Source of the DNA: Oikopleura dioica
Lineage: Eukaryota > Animalia > Chordata
DNA length: 64,000 nt
Direction: 5' to 3'
Assembly (NCBI GenBank): GCA_907165135.1
Contig: OU015566.1
Span: 1,302,001-1,366,000, forward strand
In this document: positions 12,301-23,099 of the stretch, in pieces
How positions within the stretch are numbered: position 1 is the stretch's first letter
Layout of the letters: every line of letters begins with the position of its first letter
Made by a program: the position numbers and the translations under genes
Notes under the pieces: generated by a model
What the model saw: only the letters and a program-made list of their open reading frames with translations
Told to the model about the DNA's origin: nothing
Database searches by the model: none

Positions 12301-15300
12301 TTTATTGTTTACTTCTATAAAATAATGGCTCCTGATTGGCTGAAAGCTCAATATTCTTCCATAGTTCTTGAATTGGATGAGAAATTTCCATTTTTTGCGC
12401 AGAGTTTGTTGCCATATTGATGCTCCCACTTATTTCGAGAATCTAAGAATTTCTTTCATGATTCATATTGCGCAACGCTGGTCCGGATTGCGCGCCGACT
12501 CATACTCGATAAGGATGAAAAGGGAAAACCACTCTTAGGCTTTGCGCAGCCTCAGATTGCCTTTTTCACTCATCTCAAAATGCTGAAAGGGGGGAAAATC
12601 AATTTTCCTCCAAGGAAAAAGCGGAGAGCTGAGCCAGAAGAGATTAGCTCCGACGAAGACAATGAGCAAAATCCGGATGAACCCGGAACTTCAGAGAAAA
12701 AAGACTCGGTAACATGGAAGAGTCTGGAAAATGAGTACGCTGTCCAAAAAGCTCGTAGAGATCTCGACAAAACGAAGTTCCATTTCGACGGGGGAATTGA
12801 AGGCAAATTCGTCAATGGCAAGTACACCGGCGATGTGCGATGCCTTGATCCACGGTGTAAAGCGAAAAAAAAGGAATTCATCTGCCAAGATACCAAATCG
12901 CGCCAACCAATTAACTTGAAGAAACATGCTAGTAAGCTAAGCTTCTATAAACACTTGCGCATTTTTATTCTAGTCACAGTTCATTGCGAAAACAACCATG
13001 TCATCCTGCAGAATCAAGCCCCAATTACAAGTTTCGCGAAACCAAGACAGGTTCAAATCAAAAAAGCGACAAGGAAAAGCTGACGGAGATGGAGGCGACC
13101 ATAATCTGCAAAGAACATCTTCCATTGACATTTTTCGCGAAGTAAGAGTTCTTTTTCTTCCTTGATTTCAAATTGCGCAATTAATAGGGAGTCCCTGAAG
13201 GCTTACAGGGCCCAACTTTTGAGTTCCGTCAATGTCGACCCGCAGTGTCTTGACCAGCTTCACTCCTCTAGCTATCACTACATCAAAGAGGACATGAAAA
13301 AGCAACAAGAGATTCTCCGAACTGTTTTGAAAAAGGAGTTGCCAACATTGCTTGAACAAGGTTTGTCGTTCACAAAATAATTTTGCGCAATCTTCTATTA
13401 GGTTTCTGCGCATTACAAGCCGACCATAAATACATCAAGTCGCGGACACATGAGGATAAGAAGAACGGTATGGCAGTTCTTGTCACCGTGAGCTGCGAAG
13501 AAATCTTCTCATCATTGATTCTGGACTTCCGCGCAACTGATTCGACATCCTATGAGTCCACAAAGAACGATTTCGAAGAAATATTAGACGTAAGTTTCTG
13601 AGCAAATTCTGCGCAAAAGTTCTAGGAAAATTTGCGCAGAATATGCTGTTCAGTCTTGCGCAAAATTAAAACAAAAATTAAGGAATATGGCTTGTTGCCA
13701 TTATGGAGATCCAAGATGGTCGCCCTCGTTGGAGACTCAAAATTCGCCAAATTCGAAGACGACTCCGACTTCATGGTGGTCTGTCTCCTACATACCATCA
13801 ATCGCATCGTCGACTCCATGGAAGAGAAGGCGTACATCTTTGGCATCTACAAGGAACGATTCAAAGCTGTTGACAACTTCATTTCTGCGATCGCCAAGTT
13901 GCGCAAGCCTCTTGAAAGTTCCTCTGAAGATTGTCCACGAACTGTGAACGCGTACCTGAAGAAACTTTCGGAGCAAGGAGTTCCCGCGATCGACAAGAAA
14001 AAGATTCTGAAAGGACGAATGCGATATCCTGAGAAGAAGCTGACAGACGCTGAAATCAAGGAAGATTCATCGGTCAAAAAATTTCCGAAGTTTAGAGTAA
14101 GGCTGCGCATTTATTTATTAAATTCTCATCATCTTCTTTTAGGACCATTACCACAGCATCCGTTTTGGCGCAAAAGCTGAGAAATTCGCAACTCTTTCGG
14201 CAAACATGCGCCAAATTGTTAGCTTGAAGCTGAATCCACCGCTTGGATATTCTCACCTTCTTCATCAAGTCTCGCTCCCAGAAATTCAATTCATCGAAGC
14301 AAATCATTTTTTGCTCAAAGAAATGATGTTTGTGCTCCGGCAAACTGAGAGGAATGATTCGAAGGTATTATTTTTGCGCAGATCTTTCAAAACTAACAAT
14401 TCAAATAGGTTGTGCAGAGTCTGGTGATATACGAAAAGCTGATTATCTTCCTTGTTGGCGCAAAAATGCTGCTCTCGATCACGGTCAAGAACGCGCAGAA
14501 ATCGTCGACAAGTTGGCAAAGACAGCGCTCCAGAAGACTCTCCGTCTCATCTTCGGGAAGTCTTATCTACCAGCCCACAAGAAAATTTCTAAAGACGGAA
14601 AGGAAACCTTCGTGGAAGCTGAAATAAAGACGCTTCATCAAGCTGAGCCTCCGCGGATTTCGAAGCCTCAGATCACGTCGCTCTTCCTCTACTGGCCAAA
14701 CCGAAGAGTTGACCTCTACCGAGCCTGTGAAGCGATTAAAACAAGAGACAACGAAGACTTTTTCTACCAAAACAAGTTGATTCTGGAGGAAGCCGTCACC
14801 GACTGGCAAATAATCGCGAGAAACGAGATCCATCAACTTGCGCAAAAATTGCAATTGGGAGAAGAGCCGGCGACGGCAAGCCAAGTGACAAGAGCGGTAG
14901 CCAATCTAGATGTCTACGATCCACGAGATGCAGTTGCGCAAACTGAACCAGCAAGGCGATCAGAGATGTCTCTTTGGGAGAAAGTTGAGAAAGAAATCAA
15001 CGAGTACTTCAACGATGGTGATCACTGGCGAGCTTGGCTGTCTGCGCAAAATGTCGACTCTCCCAATTCAGAGTCGGTGTTGTTCGAATTGTTCTGGCGG
15101 GATCAGAAGTCAAAATGGCCAATCCTCTCAGCCATTGCGCAAAAGGTAGAGAAATTGTTTTTAAATTTAACAAATAAATAAGTATGCTAACATGCCCGTT
15201 ACGAGCGCGGAAATAGAACGAAACTTCTCCACCATGAGTTACGATTTGGAGAGTGGAAGATCAAGTCAGAAGGCTCAACACACCGGAATGGTAAATCAAC

Positions 15301-17219
15301 GAGCAAACGCAGGCCCATTCGAAGAAGCAATCAAGGAAATCAAGAAGAAGCAAAACAAAAACTAGTTTGCGCATAATTATCACACTGAAAAATTGAAAGA
15401 ATAAAAGATTTACGATAAAACGGCCGTTTCTTTTTGCGCAAAAATGTCTCTGTTGTTTGTTTGTTTTAAGATCACTTATTTTTAAACGAAAATTTCAATT
15501 TTATTCACTTTAAAAATTTCTTCAGAAATTTTCGCTTTTTTTCGCTTTTTTCGAAAAATTTTCGCTTCGCTTCGCTTTCGCTCACGAAATTTTGATTCGC
15601 TTCGCTTCGCTTTCGCTTTTTTTTAAAAAAAAAAATTCGCTTTCGCTTCGCTTTCGCTTTTGATTTTTGGCCGAAATCCAGACCCCTGACTGGAGTCATA
15701 TCAAGACTTTGCTCCTCTCCCCATTTATACCATTCATGAGATTGATAAAGTCCAATACAACAATCTAATATAATCGATGAATAAATAGAAAAACATTTAT
15801 AAAGTTTTTGATATTATAAAAGAGGATATTTTAAGAATTACCAAATGTTTCATCATCATTTCCAGCATTTTTGCATGTATCCTTGTAGTCGAATTTATCA
15901 TTTGAATCCTTACTGCACCAGCCTGTGGTTTGTGCTCCGCAATAATACTCTCTTTGATCATCATTGTCAAGATTAAGAGTATTCCGTTTGTAAGAGCAAT
16001 CTTTGTCCTTGTTAAATTGGCAGCTTGCATCAGAAGGATTATTGATACAGTGGCAATCATGCCATTTGCCATCAGTATAATCAGGTGTGAACTGATTGCA
16101 ACAAAGAGGGTAAGAATCTGATTCAGCATTGCATTCAATTTCTTCTTCTTTGTGCAAGCATTGTGTCCGACCAACAATTTTTTGAGTTGCTTCTTCATAT
16201 CTTGTGAATTCTTCTTCAACATGTGAATATCGGATTTTGCAAGTCAAGAGCCCATTAATTTCAGTAAAACCTTTAGCTGTCTCGAAACATCGCGCATTTG
16301 TTTCACTGAGAGCAAGTTCTCCATCGACGAATTTAGCTGTTTTGATCTTCATATTCAGAATATCTCCCCGTGAGGTTGTTGTATTATGCACAATCGAGAC
16401 AACATAATACGATCCATCAACCAAGTCTTCATCTTTCTCTTCAAATATAACTGGTTTGCCTATTATTCTATCCTCATAACTAGCGTACAAGCTCTCAGCA
16501 GTTGGCTTTTCATCGGTTCCGAAAAGATCTTCTGCTGCATAATTCTTCTCCAATTGAAGGTATGCCATAGGTTGTTCTCTCAGCTTAAAAAACAGGTTGA
16601 CTTCGTCGAAGCATTCATTCTGGACATATTTGAGACCCATGATACCAGTAGCACCAAAGAAAGCAGCAGCGATGGAGAGAACGATAGTTCCACCGAGGAA
16701 CATTCGGAAAGTGATTGATCGACCACGTCGTCGAGTTATGATATCCAAAACGAAAGCAATAACAAGACCACAAATGAAGATCAAAGCAACAGCAAAGAGG
16801 AATGTGTTCAAATAGACACCCGCCTTGAAAACGTTGAAAGTTCGTTCATCGGGTTCGTCTTCGCAGTAAGCAGCAAGAATGAGGGCACCTTAAATTCCGT
16901 TTTAAGATGGCCTTCAAAAATTTCAAAAAGCAACTGAAGAAAAGAAATCGAACTTACCAGCAATAAGAGTCAAAACACCCATGATGGAAATTCCACCGCT
17001 AGCTCCGTCGTCTCCGACATTTTCTTCATCTTCGTCTCCGCTTCCAACTTTCGCACCTCTAGCCCATCGGTTGATGAAGAAGCTCGTTAGTTTGAGACCA
17101 GCGATCGAGACCTGGATTGCAGCAAAAATCATAAAAAGCCACAAATCATCTTGAAAATTTGGCTGCAGACAAAAAATGTAAGCGTCCTGCCACGAAGTAA
17201 CTTCGCGGACAGAACTCAT
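9319..17219 (-). CDS. Multi-pass membrane protein with a long Cys-rich C-terminal region, interrupted inside an exon by the hAT element
   Basis: N-terminal TM helices (17219-16650) followed by Cys-rich exons. Removing 10344-15688 and one TSD copy joins ...EEQSLDMTP to VACQKFSKCNNNADFFGGCC in frame. Confidence 0.8.
10696..11286 (+). CDS. Intronless C2H2-finger plus RING-finger protein carried inside the hAT element
   Basis: CKHCKFTCNRNSLHRHLVADH at the N-terminus; CQIC...CHTNIAHFVCNSC...CPFCR at the C-terminus; 196 aa; AATAAA at the stop. Confidence 0.85.
   Translation: MTFIVKCKHCKFTCNRNSLHRHLVADHFMDKTVNAMNHVELDWEDFEMDIYFKGVREKNGELQIRTFWDCDNKDKETFQKTFEPFQNFILHENISDAIEISMKKSTEKKAAIKLSNLLQSVNSAKAAIKDDPECQICCNEIDEKNFAIFITPNLTACHTNIAHFVCNSCPSNFTSIPSCPFCRTNGKFVTLRKPLE
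11345..12400. repeat. Tandem array of about 10 x 108-bp units inside the hAT element
   Basis: CTGATTGG recurs at 11360, 11469, 11577, 11684, 11792, 11900, 12008, 12116, 12224 and 12332. Most units also contain TTGCGCAAAA. Confidence 0.95.
12580..15365 (+). CDS. Intron-containing hAT transposase
   Basis: BED-like finger (VRCLDPRC...NLKKHA-VH); putative catalytic D in LQADH and LVGDS; CxxH (CLLH); C-terminal KWPILSAIAQK-YANMPVTSAEIERNFS. Two frame breaks (~13050-13080, ~14350-14465) need very short or non-canonical introns, or are homopolymer frameshifts. Confidence 0.9.
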
Positions 17220-17789
17220 CTCGATTTAGTGTCTTTCGAAAAAAAGTAATGAGCGACTTGTGCCACCGACGATCGTTTTTATGCATTTCTGTCTCTACTA
17301 GCAACGCCATAAATAACCAAGATGTTGTTGCAAGCGACTGCTGTAGCAGTCGAATATTTGTGCAAACATTCCGAGTTCTTTAGTCCCACTCGACCTTTGA
17401 CGCAAATCTTCTTTTGATACAACTGCATTTATTGCATCTTATTCTACCATCTTAGTCGGTTTTCTAAAGGATTCCAAGTCCTCAACTCGAGGTAAAATTC
17501 CTCAATGATTCTTCTTCGCGAAAAAACGCTCACTAGAAGGTTTTAGTTGAATATTTCGTCAGCCTTCATAACCAAATGTTTTCGTCTTTAATGAGGCAAG
17601 GTGGACGAATCATGCGTGAAATCGGAATATGCTCTAACTTTGTCATGGGTAATTTTATTCGTGGCTTATCATCCCCTTCCCACTCGATCAGTATAACTTC
17701 CAGGATATCAGTTTCTGTACAAAGTCAAATGAGAATATTCCCTTTTTTATTTTTTCCGATTTTTGTAAAAGACTAAGATTCGAGAATGG

Positions 17790-20501
17790 AGAGGACTATA
17801 AGAAGTTACAGCCAAATATCGTGTTTGTGCTTTTTGATGATGTTGGTTGGGCTGATTTGGGGTTTAATAATTTGAAGATAACAACGACTCCTTTTATGGA
17901 CAAAATGGCCAGACAGGGGACCAAGTTTACTCAGGTAGGTTTTCCTTTTTTGATGATGAAAAATTGGTCGATTTTAAGTCTTATTCGACCCATCGCTGCT
18001 CCCCAACCCGCGCTGCAATTTTAACTGGAAGGTATCAAAATCAAAATTGCATAATTTTATGATTCGCACCATTTGTTGATCTTTTAATTTTGTTTGTTGC
18101 TAAGATATCCCTTCCGCTTCGGACTGGGAATGGATCCAATTCCTACGGCTTCCAACTTTGGACTCGACGAACGCGAAAAGTTGCTGCCTCAATATTTGCA
18201 GGAAGTCGGCTACTCATCGCACATAGTCGGAAAATGGCATCTTGGATACTGCAGGGAAGCGTATCACCCGCTATCGCGGGGCTTCGACAGTTTCTATGGC
18301 TGCCTGAACGGACAAGTCAACTATACTGATCACTTGACAACGAAAGCTCTTGACTTTTTCGATAATCGCGAGCCGGTACTGGCGGCACAAGGACTGTTTG
18401 AAAGTAAATACGATCCTATTCATAGGATTACTGTACTCAAATTCCTGGAAATAGCCTATTTCAAATAGGGTTACTTTACTAAGTAAAGTTGAATAGTATT
18501 CAATTTTGATTATTTCAAATAATAAAGCAATTTATTCAAGAAATTTTTAAAGCATTATTTTGAAAGGAATATTAAAATTTTTCGAAAAAAATGATGCCCG
18601 AAATTCTAAATTTAGAAAAAATTGGGTTCAATATTAGATTTTGTATCAAAATTTATTATGATTTTTTAGATTTAAAACGGATTTATGTCAAAATGCCCTT
18701 ATTTTTGATTTTTTAAATATTTTAATTTAAGGGGGTAAAAACAGCTTTCTCGATTTTCGACTGTCGCTAAATCTAAGAAAATCATAGATTTATTTATGAT
18801 AGCGAAATTTCCTAAAAAATGCTCCTTGAATAGGGGTTGAACTTCATAAAAATGTAAATGGAATTTTTTAGCTATCACGTGACTCGATATATTCGAGGTT
18901 GAAAATTGGCTAAAATCGAGATGAGTCGCTTTTGAGCCAACTAACTCAAAAATCTGTTGACTAAAACAAATTTCGAGGGACATGTTCTTAGATCTAAGAT
19001 GGATCTATCGATACCTGTAGAGAAAATGTGATAATCTAAAGTTCCCTTATCTGTAACGCCAGTCAAAAACCGCCTTTTTTCAAAAAAAGCTGTTTCTACC
19101 ACCTTAAGATTTTTTGCCATTTTTGATAATTTCTAAGAAAAAAAACACATGTCAAACAGAAAAATGAGTGCATAAAATTTCGCAGAGTAGAATTCCCAGA
19201 GGATTTAGGTGACTAAAACCATTGGTTCTTGAAGTTCTACTTCGAAGTCCCAACTGTAAATATCTTCGACTGGTTAAATTCTATTTGCTGAATAAGTCCG
19301 GCTTCACAGCATTATCTTTTTCAAGATGTCGCTTCCTTAGCAACAAATCTTGCCCGTCGACGCGCAAGTGATGTTTTTATTTACGCTTCACTCCAATTTT
19401 CAAACAAGATACAGGCAAATGGACGACGGATTTGTTTGGCCAGCGTACGATAAAATTACTTGATCAGAGTGACGAAAATGCCAAATTTATTTATCTTGCC
19501 TTCAATGCTCCGCATGAACCCACCGATGCCCCGGAAACAATCAAAAGGATAATTAGACGGGCTTATCCTACAGTTCCTGAGTCTCGAGTTGAGCATCTAG
19601 CTGCAGTTCATCACATGGATATCTGGCTTTCAAGAATTTTTCATCAATCAAGAAAGCTTGAAAGGGAGACCATCTTCATCGTCCAGTCCAGGGTGCTCTT
19701 TTTCCAAATATTTTCATTCCACTGGCAGATGAACACCCTGAAAAAGTCTGATAATGGCGGAGCAGTTCGAAAATACACCTGGAAAAGTGGGACCGAAGAG
19801 CCAAGAAGCTGCAACTTTCCATTTCGTGGGTCAAAAGATACGATCTTCGAAGGTAACCAAAATCGATTTCCCCCGACCCTCATTTTTTAGGAGGAACTTT
19901 GACACCGACTTTCGTCTATTCTTCGAAAAGAAAGCTCCCGAAAAGAAGCCGAAGCCAATTCTTCCATGTTGTCGACTGGCTCCCTACAATTCTCAGTCTT
20001 TCCAACTACACTTCTCCTCTTCCGAAAAATCTAGATGGAGTTGATCAGTCAAACCTCATTCTTTCCCAAGAAAACCAGGCGAGTAAGAGGAGGAAATTCA
20101 TCTACGCCGTTTTTCACGAAAGAAACAAGGATGGAGAGTACGAAATGAAGTACACGGCCAGATTCGGGAATTTCAAATTCAGCACGATTGTCCATCGAAG
20201 TGTCGGGACTTACGAATGCTCCGGTGGATTTGAAAGCCCGTATATTGATAAGTATATCAAAAAATTTCACCCCGACCCAAGTTTTTACCAATCTCTCTTA
20301 TTAAATTCAACAGTGAGATCTGACGAGCCCTTGGGAAGAGATCTGATCAAAGCTTACTCTCTCTATGATTTAAAAACGGACCCGGGGGAGTTGATTAATT
20401 TAGCAACCCCGGATAAATTGACGAAACAAAATATCGTAATGATCAACCGAATCAACAAGTGGGCGATGGCAGAAATCCAGAAAGAAGTGCGCCGCCCATG
20501 A
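17790..20501 (+). CDS. Arylsulfatase (ARSB/I/J-like); N-terminus uncertain
   Basis: PNIVFVLFDDVGWAD; spliced formylglycine motif CSPTRAAILTGRY; GKWHLG; LAFNAPH; SDNGG; PFRGSK; LYDLKTDPGE. Confidence 0.92.
18731..19103. mobile_element. Non-autonomous TTAA-flanked element with GG termini (Kolobok-like) in a sulfatase intron
   Basis: ttaa|gggggtaaaaacagctt ... aagctgtttctaccacc|ttaa. Confidence 0.6.
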
Positions 20502-20536
20502 AGGTGTTTATAATTATAAAGCCATCTAGATTGTAA

Positions 20537-20845
20537 TTGACCAAATTGATAAACACGAGCACAGTGACATCACCCTCGAAATCGATCATTAAAAGGACGA
20601 AAAAGGCAATTTGCAAGAATCTCTACAACGGCGATGAATTTGCAATGAGATTGGCCAACGGGGACATAGAAGAGTTCCATCACAACAACACTGAATACCC
20701 CAAAATCAAGTCCATCATCGGATCAAAATTTTGCGAAGACGAAAACGACTTCAAAACCACTCTCCTGAAATTCATCAAAAACGATCCAAAAAGAGTGGAG
20801 CTGCAAAATGCCATGCTCTACCTCAACGAAGGCGTTTTTCATTGA
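20537..20845 (+). CDS. Hypothetical small protein just downstream of the sulfatase
   Basis: Open frame with protein-like composition only; no motif; start codon uncertain. Confidence 0.3.
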   Translation: MTKLINTSTVTSPSKSIIKRTKKAICKNLYNGDEFAMRLANGDIEEFHHNNTEYPKIKSIIGSKFCEDENDFKTTLLKFIKNDPKRVELQNAMLYLNEGVFH

Positions 20846-20919
20846 AAAATATCTGTAAAAAACTTTTTGATAATTTTGCATTTTTAATACATTTTTTAAA
20901 TAGAATGATGATTTAAAAT

Positions 20920-22764
20920 TTATTCTTCGGCAAGCTCAAAACTAGTAGCACGAAGTTGCATTTCAAGAAGTTCAGCTTTTGAAAATGATGGTTTACTTTT
21001 TTCTTCTATTCTTCTTTCTGGTTCTTTTTCTTTTATCCTTCGAGTTGCTAGGGGAATGTTTTGTACTTCTTCTAGCCCTAGAAAGAGACTGTAAGATGAA
21101 TTGTACAATGATGACTTCTACTAGCAATTTCTTCATCAAGGGGCTCTGATTGGTCAACCACAGGGCGCGAAATTCAAAAAGAATCGTCGCGCTCCTCGAC
21201 CAATCAAAGCCACGGGATGAAAAATTCATTATACAGAGACGCGTCAGTAGCTTACCTTCATATTCCGTCACTTTGACATCCGAAATCGCCTCGACCAAAT
21301 TCGAAACAAAATGTTTTTTCTTGTGTCTATTCAAATTCAAGTCAGCAATCTGCTCACTTCTTTTTAAATAATCTTCCAAAATATAATGCAGGATTTTCAC
21401 GCAAGTAATCGCCCCATTCTTCGCGTTTGGATCTGTGTAAACAGTTTCGAGGAGTGTGCGGGACATGGCGGCGAAATCGAGGTAGAGAGTGTGGCGAAAG
21501 TTGTTGCGCACCATTACGTGGAAATTCGTGGTGTTGTGATGAGCGAGATCTGAAAAAGAAATGATATTAGTTGAGAATCAATGTTTTCTTGGCTGATTTC
21601 AAGTAGGCTCAGAAGAGCTGTGCCCACGAACCTGTGAAGAAAACCTGAGTCAGGGTATGAAAGGCATAAATGAGTCATTTAAAATGACGAAGCCGATTCG
21701 CGGCTACGTTTTTCAAAAGCCGCTGCGCGGCTTTTCATTATAGCTCTTCAAAACCGGACACAGGTTTTCTACTCGAATTGCCGCGCAGAACCCTTACCTA
21801 TAAGATCATTATTAGCATATCTTGCCGGCGTATACTCGAGCCCACAAAACATCGACGACAGCAAATAGCCACAAATCGTCTTTTCTCCAACACTTTCAAT
21901 AAACATCTCTCTCACTTCTTCATACGGCCTCCCGTGTTCCAGCAGCGTTTCAATCGTCATTCCCGTATTTTTCACGTTCAAGTCTAAAACCGGCGAGCGA
22001 GGAAGAATGTATTCGTCCATGATGACTCTGAAGAGCCCGTCGATGACGACGACTCGGGCAATTTCTTCTTCTGACTCTTCTGTCACGATGAAATCCATGT
22101 GGACGCCGCAATATCGAGATAAAACTAGAAATCAAAATATTTTTCCACTCAAGTAAACGAATTTGACTCACTTGCCTCGACAGCCTGAGTAGAAAACCTG
22201 TGTCAGGGTCTGAAAGAGCTGAAATGAAAACCCGCGCTTTCGTTTTTAAAAAGCCGCTGCGCGGCTTTTCATTTCAGCTCTTTCAGACCCTGACTCAGGT
22301 TTTCTAAGCAGGTTGCCGAGGCCGATTGACTCACGTGGTTTATATTTTTTGGCCAGCCAATTTCTCCTCTTTTTCTCGGCGACTTCCTGGGGTCTGTGAA
22401 GATTGTGGCTTTGCAGAACAGAGTCGATATAAGCTGGATCGGACTGCAAAGAATCGAGAATGATTTCGTCCGTGATTGAAGTCGTCACTTTTTCGTTTTG
22501 AACCAGCCGTTTTGGGGTGAAGTAGCATTTTCCGTTACGATAAGGAAAACGAATCTGAAACGAATTTACTCATCAAATAACCAAAAACCATTCAAAAATT
22601 AATATTTAAAACTTACATTTGTTCTGATCGCTGATCTTGCCAAATGCTGATTTAAATGTTCTAGCTGCGAATTCTTGATTCTTCTGCAAATTCTCTTTGA
22701 CAGATCTTTTCTTGAAAGCATTTTTCTTTCTTCTCTTCTTGAAATTCTCACTGGAGTGATTCAT
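20920..22764 (-). CDS. REXO4/ISG20-like DEDDh exonuclease-fold protein with degenerate active site
   Basis: Basic N-terminus (MNHSSENFKKRRRKK). HMDFIV...IARVVVID...DEYILP...TGMT...CGYLL and HTLYLDF follow the REX4 motif order. Confidence 0.7.
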
Positions 22765-23099
22765 CGAAAGGCGCGCTCCGCCAATCAGTGCGCGTTTTTC
22801 AAAAGCTTGAGAAAAATGTGAAAATTTGAGGAAAAACGAAAAATGGAGAAAATGAGAGAATTCTATGAAGAAATAAAATGAAAACGAAGGTCTCTAGACC
22901 GGAGAATTAAGTGTCCCCTCTGTTGACTGTTAAAAATACTTAAAAACTGTTATTTTTCTTCTTATAAAATGTTATTCTGAACTATCTATGGTTAGAAGCT
23001 CCCATGTTCTAAGAACGACAAGAGTAATCCTTGATAAATTGTTAATAAAACTGTGAAATATAAATCTAAACATTTCTAAAATTTCAGAAAACCCAAAAT

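Larger units (their letters stand above)
10344..15688 (+). mobile_element. hAT-superfamily DNA transposon, 5,345 bp, with a passenger gene
   Basis: Perfect 14-bp TIRs CAGGGGTCTGGATT (10344) and AATCCAGACCCCTG (ends 15688). 7-bp TSD ACTGGAG at 10337-10343 and 15689-15695. (TTCGC)n subterminal arrays at both ends. Encodes a hAT transposase. Confidence 0.95.

Noticed and set aside
11345-12400. Regularly spaced repeats as a CRISPR array
   Set aside because: Whole units are repeated with no unique spacers, there are no cas genes, and the context is eukaryotic.
11560-12429. 289-aa minus-strand ORF with 36-aa repeats
   Set aside because: It is a by-product of the 108-bp tandem array (a multiple of 3) and has no protein-like features.
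22150-22340. MITE-created intron plus 4-nt micro-exon in the exonuclease gene
   Set aside because: A single canonical GT-AG intron containing the MITE keeps the frame equally well and is simpler.
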